Part shown: positions 52,832-64,000 of the stretch, piece by piece
Layout: the number at the start of each line of letters is the position of its first letter
Numbering within the stretch: position 1 is the stretch's first letter
Source of the DNA: Azolla caroliniana
Lineage: Eukaryota; Plantae; Polypodiophyta
Assembly (NCBI GenBank): GCA_043228905.1
Contig: JBHGNT010000020.1
Span: forward strand, 9,362,001-9,426,000
Direction of reading: 5' to 3'
Length of the DNA stretch: 64,000 bases
Notes under the pieces: generated by a model
The model's input: the letters and a program-made list of their open reading frames with translations, nothing else
The model's database searches: none
What the model was told of the DNA's origin: nothing
Program-made: the position numbers and the translations under genes

Positions 52832-55800
52832 GAGTCTTACGCAATCCCGTCCTCTTAGTACTAATAGTACTTCTCTTCTTTCATACTAATTCCATCTCTG
52901 CTTTAGTACTATTCCTGACAATTTGAACCAATTTTCCCTCGAGGCTACTTGTCGTTCTCCCTCATCCTCCTACCCTTTTCCCTATACTATGGCTACTGTT
53001 AGCGCCCAAGAATATCAATCCGTTTTCTCCGAGCTAGAGTGCTTAAAAGAAAAATTTGTTGCCTTGGAACAAGAAAACCAATGACTGATAGGGGATCTGC
53101 AACAAATCACTCTAGGAAAACAACAAACGCAGCAACAACATGGGGAGTTAGCGTTACGGGTGCAACAACTCGAAGCAACATAGCAACAACAAGGATCAAG
53201 TCCCCAAGAATTTCATAAAGAGCCGAAGATTGGACTTCCTGTGAAATTTGATGGAACGCGTTCGCAATTTAGGGGATTCCTTAATCAAGTACGATTAGTC
53301 ATCCAAATGCATCCTTCCCGATACCCCACTGATGCATCCCGAGTCGGCTTAATAGGCACGTTGCTTAGCGGCTCAGCCTTAGCATGGTTCGCTCTGCTTC
53401 TAGAAAAACAATCGCCCTTGCTTAATAACTTTGAAGATTTTATTAGTGAGTTTAAAGCCTGCTTTGGAGACACCGACAACATCAAGACGACGATCAACAA
53501 GATCCGACGATTGGGTTAAGGCGATCGTCCAGCCTCTGCCTATGCGGCGGATTTCCGCCTACTCGCTTCAGATATCCCTTGGGATGATCAAGCACTAATG
53601 GAGTAGTTTCGCTATGGCTTGCGAAACGATGTCAAAGATCTACTTCTAACTTTCCCCGAAGAACCAAAGTCTCTTACGGAGGCAATCAGTTGAGCGGTCC
53701 GATGTGACAACCGCCTTTTCAAACGGCATTCGGAATGTCAATTATAGATACCACGCTCTAGGCCGGAGCCCACTTACGCCTCAGTCGCGGCTAAACTGTT
53801 TGCACGAGACATACCTCAAGCAAATACTTCGACACCGATGGAGATCGATACCATGCGTCGACGCGGCCCGTTATCGGAAGAAGAAAAGCAACGACGACGT
53901 GCAAATCGATTATGTCTTTATTGCGGTGAACCAGGGCTTATTGCAATCAATTGTCCCCATAGGCCAAGAAGACAGGTAAATCAAATCGTAGCCTGTACTA
54001 AACCCGAGTCAATTCTTCCCTTCGGAGTGTCTGATAGTATTAATAGTACTAATAGAATGTTTGACAGTATTAATAGTACTAATAGAATGTTTGATAGTAT
54101 TAATAGTACTAATAGCCCAAGTATCTCAAACAAATTTGAAATCCTTAGTCAATTAGATGAAGAGTTAAACGATTGAGTCCAGCCAAAATAGGAGCCGTTT
54201 GGTTGGACAACCCTAGATTTGTACAACCCATTAGTGGTTCCATTCCCTCCAAGCAAGTTAACAATGTGTTCCTAGCCCAAGTCATGGTTAGTACTAAAAG
54301 TACTCCCCCAGTACATGTCCTAGCACTTCTAGATTCCAGAGCTAATTCCTGTTTCATGGATCGAAAATTTTCCCAAGCTTCTTAGATATCCTTAAGAAAA
54401 CTTCCTTGCCCCGCATCTGTAGTAGTCATTGATGGTCGTCCGATTGCTTCTAGGAATATTGTAGAAGAGTCAGAACCCATTCAAGTTGTCCTAGGTAGTT
54501 TTGTGTGTGTAGTAGCATTTAATATAATTAGTAGTCCAGAGCATCCCATTGTCCTGGGATTACCTTGGTTTGAATTACATAATCCAGACATAGATTGGAG
54601 AACAAGAGAAGTCCGACATCGACAACCCCAAGAATCTACTCATCGAGTTTCGACCATTTCACTACGTCAATTACGCGAAGAAGGACACAAGGAGGCAATG
54701 TTTCTATTTGCAATATCAGTACATCCTTCCAACACTATTAAGGAGGAATCCTTAGTACAACTTCTGGTGAAATATCACCCTTATGCCGATGTATTTGACA
54801 AGGTAAAAGCTGGTACTCTTCCTCATCATCATCCCTATGATTGTCCCATCGATCTACAACCGGGAGCAGAGCCACCATGGGGACCAATTTACAACTTGTT
54901 CCCCACCGAGTTAGAAGTCCTTCGAGCCTACATAGAGGAGAACTTGGCAAGCGGGTTTATTCGTCATTCGAAATCTCCGGCCGGTGCACCCATCTTCTTT
55001 GTCAAGAAGAAAGATGGCTCACTTCGTCTCGTCGTTGATTACCGTAGCTTAAATAAAGTCACCATCCGTAATAGGTATGCCCTTCCTCTTATATCAAGTC
55101 TTTTAGAGCGAGTTAATGGTGCCAAGTTTTTTACAAAGATTGATCTACGAGGAGCGTATAACCTCGCGCGGATCCCATCGGGAGATGAATGGAAGACCGC
55201 CTTTCGCACGCGGTATGGGCATTTCGAATATACTGTTATGCCGTTCGGTCTAACCAATGCACCCGCAGTCTTTCAACACATGGCAAATGATATATTCAGA
55301 GACCTCTTGGATATCTGTTTGATCATCTATCTGGATGATCTATTGATTTATTCGAAGACCCAGGAAGAGCACGATTCTCATGTACTATTAGTACTAAAAC
55401 GACTCCACGAGCATGGTCTTTATGCCAAGCTAGAAAAATGTAGCTTTGACTGCAAGCAAGTGGAAGTTCTAGGCTACGTCATCTCCTCAAAGGGCATCTC
55501 CATGGATCCAGCTAAAGTCCAAACTATGCTAGAGTGGCAAATTCCACAGTCAGTACGAGATGTGCAATGATTTCTAGGTTTTTCTAACTTCTATCGCAAG
55601 TTTATACAGGATTACTCGAAGATTATTTTACCTCTCACACAACTTACGAAGAAGGGACAAGCATTTCTTTGGTCAAATGAAGCGGACATGGCTTTTCAGC
55701 ATCTTAAGAAAGCCTTTACATCAGCTCCTATTCTAGCTCATGTGGATACAAAGAAACCATTCATCATGGAGGCCGACGCATCGTATTTCGCCCTCGGTAG

Positions 55801-58087
55801 CATCCTTTCTCAATAAGGAGATAAAGAAGAGTTACATCCAGTGGCTTTCCATTCGCGCAAATTCGATGCCGCGGAAATCAACCACGAAATACATGACAAG
55901 GAGTTACTAGCCATTGTGGATTCCTTTGTGTAATGGCGGTATTTCTTAGAGGGCTCTCCACATCAGGTCATCGTCTTTAGTGATCACAAAAACCTTGCTT
56001 ATTTCCAGAACGCTCGGGTGCTAAATCGATGGCAAGCTCGGTGGGCTCAATTCCTCACGCGTTTCGACTTCAAAATCATATATCGACCGGGGAAGCAGCA
56101 AAGAAAAGCAGATGCGCTATCACGGCGTTCATATCTTGCACCTCTTCCTGGTGATCCAACATTCGATAATCAAAAGCAAGTAATCTTGGGACCAACACGA
56201 TTGCACACAATGCGGATTTTTCACACCCCAATGGATTCCCAGATTACCGACACCATACGTGCGAACTTGAAGACGGACAATTTTGCTCAAGACATTCTGG
56301 CGCACATTGATACCTCTCGGGCATCCTATTCCCAGTCTCAACAACCATGTATGGACTACCAACAATTCGAATATCATGATGGTTTGGTATTCTTTAAAAA
56401 GCTTGTATATGTACCCGATTGCTCCTGTCGCCTTCAAATCGTCCAAAGTTGTCACCACACCCATATGGAGGGACATTTCGGTAGCACTAAGACGTTGGAT
56501 CTAGTTCAACGATCCTTTTGGTGGCCCCATATGCGACGTTTTGTTGGCGACTACGTTCAGACCTGTGATGCTTTCTGCCGAGCAAAGATGCCACAACACT
56601 ATCCATATGGCTTGTTGGAACCCTTACCGATTCCAAGTAAGTCGTGGCAGTCTATTTGTCTTGACTTTATCACAAATCTGTTGGTCTCGAAGGGATTCGA
56701 TGCTATCTTAACCGTCGTCGATCGATATACAAAGATGACACATTTTGTGCCGTGTACTAAGGCCATCACTAGCGAGGAAACCGCCGCCCTTGTCATGCGT
56801 GAGGTATTTCGGCATCATGGCCTCCCAGACAGTATCATCAGTGACCGAGGACCGCAATTCGTCTCCAAATTTTGGCAGCATCTCTTCAAGATGCTCAAGG
56901 TCTCTTGCAACCTCTCCTCCGGCTACCATCCTCAGACCGATGGGCAGGCGGAACGAATAAACCAAACGCTAGAGCAATATCTCTGGTGTTTCCTGAGTTA
57001 TCAATAGGACGATTGCACCGAGATTCTCCACTTTGCGGAGTTTGCGTATAATAATGTTGTTCACTCCTCGACTCAAGTCTCCCCATTCTATGCTTATACC
57101 GGTTCTCATCCTTGCTGGTTGGTGATCGACACCCCGGAGCTACCTACCAATCCTCGTGCCGAGGATCATTTGGAGAGACTACGCAAGATCCAGATGGATC
57201 TCTCTACTCATCTTCGTCATGCTCAACAGACACAGAAGACTTACGCGGATCGTCATCGGCTTCCCTCCTCTTTTGCCATCGGAGATCGAGTATGGCTTTT
57301 ACGTCGTCACATCAAGACTACTCGACCGTGCGACAAGTTGGATTATCGACGACTCGGTCCTTTCCATATTACCGGTAAGGTTAATGATGTCATGTTCCAC
57401 CTTGATCTTCCTCCGCATCTTCGGATACATCCGGTCTTCCATAGTTTTCTTCTTGAACCTTATAATAAAGCAAACACTATTCCCAATCATGTTACACCAC
57501 CGCCGCCCCCGCTTGAGTTAGACGCCAGCCCGGAGTATGAAGTTGCTACCATCCTCGACTCCAAATTTGTTCGCAACAAACTTTATTATTTGGTCGAGAT
57601 TGGCTCGGCTATAGTTCGAGTGAACGTACTTGGGAACTCGTCGAGCATATCGCCAATGCTCAAGATCTTCTTGCTGAGTTCCATCGGAAGTTTCCGGACA
57701 AACCCGGTCCGCAATCAGCGCCGACTCGTTCCACTCATCGCCTTAAGGGGGAGATAGTGTCATGATATGGAAAGACTCAAACCCATGACCTTATGTTATA
57801 TGGGTCGAGCTCTTGACCACTATACCATCTATTGTAATACGTAAGATATTATTTTCATTTAAGTTTTATTATAGGAAATTAATGTATATTCTAGATTTCT
57901 CTGGAACATTCTAGAAGCTTCAGGATTACTCCTGAGGACACTATAAAAGAAGGCACTAGGCATTATGTTGAACCAAATTGGTTCAACGCCAGTCTTAAGC
58001 CTCTTAGCCATTTTGTACTTATCCTTCACATAATATATTGGTTGTTATCATCATCACTCTCTCTCTCATCCTCGCTATCTCTCTTTT

Positions 58088-58129
<42 letters not shown>

Positions 58130-61100
58130 GAGTCTTACGCAGTCCTGTCCTCTTAGTACTAATAGTACTTCTCTTCTTTAGTACTTATTCCATCTCTGCT
58201 TTAGTACTATTCTTGATAGAGACGACACTCCACATCCCATCGAGCATATCGGGGATGTCCCTCTGAGCCATGTCGGCCTGAAGGGAATCATGAGGAATGT
58301 CTTGCATGTACCGATGATAACCTAGAATTTGGTGTCGGTCGGCTAGATCGTGGACCAAGGAATGCAGGTGCGGTTCGCTCACCACGGATGCTTCATCGAG
58401 GAGGAAGGCCGGATCATCGCACAAGGTTGCCAGGATGGAAGAATGTTCATCCTGGAAACCAATAATGTGGGCACCCCTATGTTTGCGAAAGGACAGAAGG
58501 TCGAGTTGGACATCGACTTGTGGCATAAGCGGATCGGCCACACGAACTTCCAGAAGTTTCAGGAGATGTAGTCGAAACATGTGGTTTCCGGACTACCGAA
58601 GTTTAGTCGCCGAAAAGGCCAAATTTGTGAAGCTTGTCAACTTGGGAAGCAACATAGGCTTCCATTCACCAATGAGAAGAATCAGAGTCAAAATAAGCTC
58701 GATCTTATCCATTCAGATGTATGGGGATTGGCACAAAACGTGAGCATCGACGGGAGTCGATATTTCCTTTCCTTCATCGACGATTTCAGCCGACACACCT
58801 AGATCTATTTGATCGAGAAAAAGAGCGAAGCCTTCTTGTGTTTCTGGGACCTAAAGAGTCATGTCGAACGAGAAACCAGACGAAAGATCAAGTGTTTGAG
58901 TTTGGATGGCGGAAAAGCATATTTTTCTAGCCAGTTCACAAGTTATCTACAGACCAAGGGAATCCGATGTAAGTTCTCTTGTAGATACACGTTGGAGCAG
59001 AACGACGTGGCCGAACATCGGAATAGGACGTTGGTAGAAGCGGCGAGGGAAATGCTAGAGGAGAAGACCCTGGATTTATTGGACCAAAGTTGACCGAAGC
59101 AATTTGGACTGCCGTCTACATACACAATTGGATATTGCCTCAAGGACAAAGGTGTCGCCGCACGAACCGTATTTCGCGTAGAAGCCAAACTTGGCGCACC
59201 TTTGCGTATTCGGCAACATTGCATAAGTGCATGTGCCGAATGAGAAGCGGAAGAAGCTAGATGCCAAGGCTGAGAAGTGTATCTTAGTGGACCGAATCTA
59301 GACTGGTTGAGCCGGAGTGGCCAACCGAATAACGAGCCAATCGAGGAAGAGGCCGAAATCAAAGTCCCCAGAATCGAGATAAGTCGGGGACGAGGTCGAA
59401 GTCAAGGGGAAGGCCCACGTTCTTCTATTGTGGGAAGCCGACATTCCCGAAAGGAAAAAGGGGGAGCTAACGGTGTGCACCTGAAGAAGATTTCAGACAA
59501 CAAGAACAACTCAGGAATCGCGACAAGTGAGGAGGATTTGCTGCTTATCAATGAGCAGAACGAAGTGAACCTTGTCAGCGATGAATCGACATGGGTGGTC
59601 GATTCGGGTGCGTCATTCCACCTAACCCCGATCGGAAATGCTTCTCATCTTACAGAGCCAAAGATCTCGGATTTGTAAAGATGGGAAATGAAGGAGCATG
59701 CCGAATCGTCGGCATAGGAGATGTGTGTTTGGTAACATCAACTGGGTGTAGACTTGTGTTGAGAGATGTACGACATGTTCCGGAAGTTCGACTGAACTTG
59801 ATATCATCCAGTCAGTTGGATTACGAAGCGGGTAGCATTCGGAACGACGTCATGAAGTTCTGCAAGGGAAACCTGGTCGTGGCCCGAGCCCGAAAGACAA
59901 ACACACTATACTTGATGCATGCTCGATTAGGACGAGAGGAAGTCAATGTGGCAGTTGATACAGTCGGTGAGCTATGGCACAAGTGGCTATGTCACATGAG
60001 GCAGAAGGGGATGTGAAAGCTTGCTGAGGATAACCTTATACCGGAGGTAAAGAACGTGCAACTAGAGAAGTGCACAAATTTCTTGGCCAACAAGTAGAAC
60101 CGAATCTCCTTCCGATCGAGGACCCCGATGAGGAGGAAAATGTCACTGGAACTCGTGCATACGGATGTATGCTACGTGGATACAAAGTCGCATGTTGGTT
60201 CACAGTATTTTGTGACCTTCATAGATGACTGTAGCTGGAAGTTGTGGGCTTCGATGCTAAAGATGAAGGATAAAGTATTATCCATCTTCAAGGAGTTCTA
60301 AGCAAGAGCCGAAAGAGAAATCGGCCAGAAACTTAAGGCAGTTCGAGCGGACAATGGTGGAGAGTACCGCGGACCGTTCGAAGAATATTTCCAAGCATAG
60401 GGAATCCGACTCGAGTATACCGTGCCGAAGACGCCAAAGCTTAACAGGTTGGCCAAGAGGATTAATCGGACCATAATGGAGAGGGTTTGAAGTATGCGTG
60501 CACATGCAAAGTTATCGAAGACGTTCTAGGTTGAGGCACTGATGACAGTAACGTATGTGATAAACCGATCACCCTCAATACCCTTGGACAATGATATTCC
60601 AAAGGGTGTGGAGTGGCAAAGACATTTCATACCGACACTTGAGGGTGTTCGGATGTCTTGCCTATGTGCATGTTGCAAAGGACCAGAGGGGGAAGCTTGA
60701 CCCGAAATCTCGGCCATGTATATTTCTTGGCTACGGCGACGATGAATTCGGCTATTGGCTATGGTACTTAGCCGAGAAGAAGGTGATTAGGAGCCAAGAA
60801 ATCGTCTTCATGGAAGAGAAGACAACTGCCGATTGGGAGATTGAGAATAAGTCTCCAACTACCGAATCGAGCCAAGTCGATGCTCGGCCGAATCGAGTAG
60901 AAGTCAATTCGATCGAAATCGAATCTGAGCAAGTTGGCCGATTTAATACTCGGCAAAATTGAGAACCGACTGAAGAACAAGGTGAACCAGCCGAACAAGG
61001 AAACGAATTTGACTTGACCGAAGAAGTCGACGAAGAACGGACCATGCCAAATGGAGACCGAGGGTATCACATGAGAGAGGGAGGGCCCCTAGAAGATTGC

Positions 61101-61736
61101 CGGATGAAGAGCATGTATTGCTAACTGATGAGGGGGAGCTAGAAAGATTTGAAGAAGCTAAGAACGATACCCACAATAGAAAGTGGTTAAGTGCCATGAA
61201 AGAGGAGATGGATTCCTTGCATGAGAACACCACACATACGAATTGACCGAATTGCCGAAAGGGAAGAAGGCACTATGGAATAAGTGGGTATACAAATTGA
61301 AGTCGAGAGATGGCGGAAATCCACCTAGATACAAAGCATGAATTGTTGTGAAAGGTTTTCAACAGAAGAAGGGTGTTAATTTCAACGAAATATTTTCCCT
61401 CGTCATAAAGATGACGTCAATTCGAACAGTGCTGAGCATAGCAGCCAACATGGACCTTGAAGTCGAGCAGCTAGATGTCAAGACTGTCTTCCTTCATGGA
61501 GATTTGGAGGAAGAGATATACATGCACCAGCCGGAAGGATTCGAAGTAAAAGGTAAAGAAAACCTAGTATGCCGATTGAGAAAGAGCTTGTATGGGGTGA
61601 AGCAAGCACCTCGGCAATGGTACCGAAAATTCAAATCCTTCATGACTAGCAACAAGTACCACAAAACACAAGTCAATCACTGTGTGTTTGTGAAGAAGTT
61701 TGATGGAGGAGATTTCCACATACTCCTGTTGTACGT
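50859..61736 (+). mobile_element. Chimeric copia: family B LTR-gag-PR-IN (50859-52437, 58219-59290) joined to a family A gag end-PR-IN-RT (59290-61736)
   Basis: LTR 50859-51282, degenerate Met PBS at 51283; two successive PR/IN sets; interrupted by chromovirus copy 3 and cut in RT at 61737. Confidence 0.8.
52438..58218 (+). mobile_element. Full-length but decayed Tcn1-like chromovirus, copy 3
   Basis: LTRs 52438-52920 and 57758-58218 (about 20 substitutions by eye); TSD GAGAC; many C>T stop codons in gag and pol. Confidence 0.96.
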
Positions 61737-62135
61737 TGTCGTGAAGATCCGTCACTACGTGCGGATCGTGAGGTGGAACCGTCGGGGTTCTAGACCGGAA
61801 GGACTCAAAGTTGGTGCTAGCTTTAGCGAGAAAGGATTTAAGATAGATTGAAAGAGAGAGAGATTGCGATAAGATAGAACGCTTGATTTTATATTGAGAG
61901 AGAGATTAAGATTGAACTCTTGACTTTAGATTGGAAGAACAAGGTATATCATCAAAAAGTTAAAAAATTTTCTTCTTAATATTAATTTTGATATAAAGTA
62001 CAAAACTCTTGCAGACCTCCATCTTTTTGTACTAAGATATTAATAGTATTTTCACTATTATTGTTTTATATGATTCATACTCGATTTCGTATGTTTTATG
62101 CGATTTTCACACCATTGCTGAAAATCTTCACGACA
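61737..62135 (-). repeat. 3' LTR of a gypsy-like element
   Basis: 12-bp terminal inverted repeat TGTCGTGAAGAT..ATCTTCACGACA; purine-rich tract on the minus strand at 62136-62152; ACGT target. Confidence 0.8.
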
Positions 62136-62494
62136 TCCACCCTCACCAAACCGCACGTCCTTTGGTATGTGCCAAGAAGAGAGAATGTGAGATTTCGGCA
62201 ATGGTGATTAGCATGACTCCGCAACGTCGAGCATGTCTGTTTCTTTGTACTCGAATCATTGTTGCCACCCAATCCACCATATCATTCGTTTTTTCTTTGC
62301 TTTACCATGACTTGTTGTCATGGTCCCTTGCTCTCTTCTTGAGGATAATCGTTTAAGCCTCATGAATGTTCCACCTTCATCTCGGCCATCTCTTTGCTCA
62401 AGGCACTTTGACTCGTTCACAGTAGTGTCTTTGATAGATGTTTTGATCACATCCTTCGGATCCTCATGGCTTGTTTGGGCATCGCCATCCCTTG

Positions 62495-63586
62495 TCATAT
62501 TTTGCTCAAAGTCTTTGTTGCACATATCAGCTTTAACCCTTGCTTCTTCCCCATCACTATCCTTCTCTTGGGTAAGTCTCTAGAATGAGTGTGGATAGAC
62601 CTATACATTTCCATCGTTCGCCTTTTTCGTGCTGCATTTAGCCATTTCCATCTTAAAGTTGTTCGAATTAGCATTGACCTTTTCTTCCTCGCCGCCAGCT
62701 TCCGTTTCTTGGGTCTTACATCGGTTAACGCCCAAGTCTCTAGAACTATTGCGGGGAAAGGCTCTTCATGGCCATTCACCATCTTTGCCTTGATGTCATT
62801 TTCCATAGCTATTCCTTCAAACTCATGGGCCTCGTGCACATCGATCCTTTTTATTGAGCAATCCCTTATTATGCTTCTCTTTTCATCGCATGTATTAGTT
62901 TTGACCTTCGGTTCTTCGCCATCACCTCCCATCTCTTGGGTCTTACATCGGTTCTCGGACGCAATTGCCCAAGTCTCTGGAACAAGTGTGGAGAAAACTT
63001 GGCCGTCATCATTGGTGGTATTATCTTGGTCCTTCTCTTCCTTTTCGCCACCATCCGTCTCTTGGGTCTCACATTGGTTCTCAGATGCAACTGCCCAAGT
63101 CTCTAGATGGAGTGTTGAGAAAGTCTCCACATGACCATCCGCCATTGACTCGTTCATAGCCATCTCCGACTCGATGTCGTTTTTCATGGCTATCTCTTCA
63201 ATCTCATGGGCCTCGCACCCATTGACCCTCTTGATCAAGCAAGCTTCGATTATCCTTCTCTCTTCATCGCATGTATTCTTTTCGACCTTCGGCTCCTCAC
63301 CGACACCTTCTGTCTCTTGGGTCTCACATTGGTTCTTTGACGCAACTGCCCAAGTCTCTGGACCATGTGTGGAGAAAATCCGGCCATGGTCGTTGTCGAC
63401 GCTTGTTATCTTGTTTAAAGTCACCTCCTCAATGTCGTCTTTAGTGTCTAGATCCTCAATTACACTAGCCTCGCTCTCTTTATCTCCATTGATGCAAGCT
63501 TCGATTTGTCTTGTTCCATCATCCATTGTTTCGAACTCGACGCATGTTCCGAAACATTCGACCTCCTTTGAAATGGCCACCATCAT
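62495..63586 (-). CDS. Acidic, internally repetitive extra ORF next to the 3' LTR (function unknown, probably frameshifted near its end)
   Basis: 363-aa ORF with FST..ETWA.ASENQCETQE modules repeated about four times. Confidence 0.5.
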   Translation of the reverse strand: MMVAISKEVECFGTCVEFETMDDGTRQIEACINGDKESEASVIEDLDTKDDIEEVTLNKITSVDNDHGRIFSTHGPETWAVASKNQCETQETEGVGEEPKVEKNTCDEERRIIEACLIKRVNGCEAHEIEEIAMKNDIESEMAMNESMADGHVETFSTLHLETWAVASENQCETQETDGGEKEEKDQDNTTNDDGQVFSTLVPETWAIASENRCKTQEMGGDGEEPKVKTNTCDEKRSIIRDCSIKRIDVHEAHEFEGIAMENDIKAKMVNGHEEPFPAIVLETWALTDVRPKKRKLAARKKRSMLIRTTLRWKWLNAARKRRTMEMYRSIHTHSRDLPKRRIVMGKKQGLKLICATKTLSKI

Positions 63587-63623
63587 CCTCGAGTCATCAT
63601 CAATCTTCTTTTTATGTTGGATG

Positions 63624-64000
63624 TGTTAGGAAACAAGTCCCTCTGGATGCAAGTGAGAAGAATAGTACTGATGAGCAAAATCGGCCGAGGCCGGAACCAG
63701 ATGTGGAGTACCCGGCAACGGAAGACCCGGTGAGAACCGGATGTGGAGTACCCGGCAACGGAAGACCCGGTGAGAACCGGATGTGGAGTACCCGGCAACG
63801 GAAGACCTAGTGAGAACCGGATGACGAGTACCCAACAAGAGCCGGATGACGAGTACCCGGCAAGAGCCGGATGGCGAAGACCCGGTGAGAAGTGCTCACC
63901 GGATGAAGGGACATATTCGTAAATATGTTTTCTGAGAGTCCATTGGGGTTATATTTGTAAATAGCCGAAAAGTCATATTAGTATAAATATGACTTAGGGA
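63624..64000 (+). repeat. Start of a copia-A-like LTR with 40-bp tandem repeats (63677-63800)
   Basis: TGTTAGGAAA..GTCCCTC start resembles the reverse complement of the A1/A2 LTRs; GAAGACCCGGTGAGAACCGG units. Confidence 0.75.

Noticed and set aside
62589-63629. Plus-strand Ser-rich ORFs and other antisense ORFs over TE genes
   Set aside because: Shadows of the coding strand

Overview
Plant nuclear DNA, most likely a non-seed land plant (bryophyte, lycophyte or fern, inferred from the TE clades present), mostly nested retrotransposons. It holds one intact host gene, a 10-exon 20S proteasome alpha-2 subunit (PAB1/PSMA2, 42188-47975, +, 235 aa). TE content: three Tcn1-like chromovirus copies (one very young, with TSD and near-identical LTRs), several Tnt1/Tork-like and other Ty1/copia elements (two of them chimeric), fragments and solo LTRs of a tRNA-Trp-primed gypsy-like lineage, LINE remnants, and a decayed Sola-like DDD transposase. 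The most unusual features are: (1) a 13-unit, 41-bp-period array of palindromic lox-like sites with invertible cores and spacers upstream of the Sola-like transposase; (2) an LTR lineage whose seven visible insertion junctions all sit on CpG-centred 4-bp targets; (3) tRNA-like A/B-box modules inside the LTRs of two unrelated families; (4) self-priming, a -1 frameshift signal and a perfect heat-shock element in the chromovirus. All calls were made by eye; no database searches were run.
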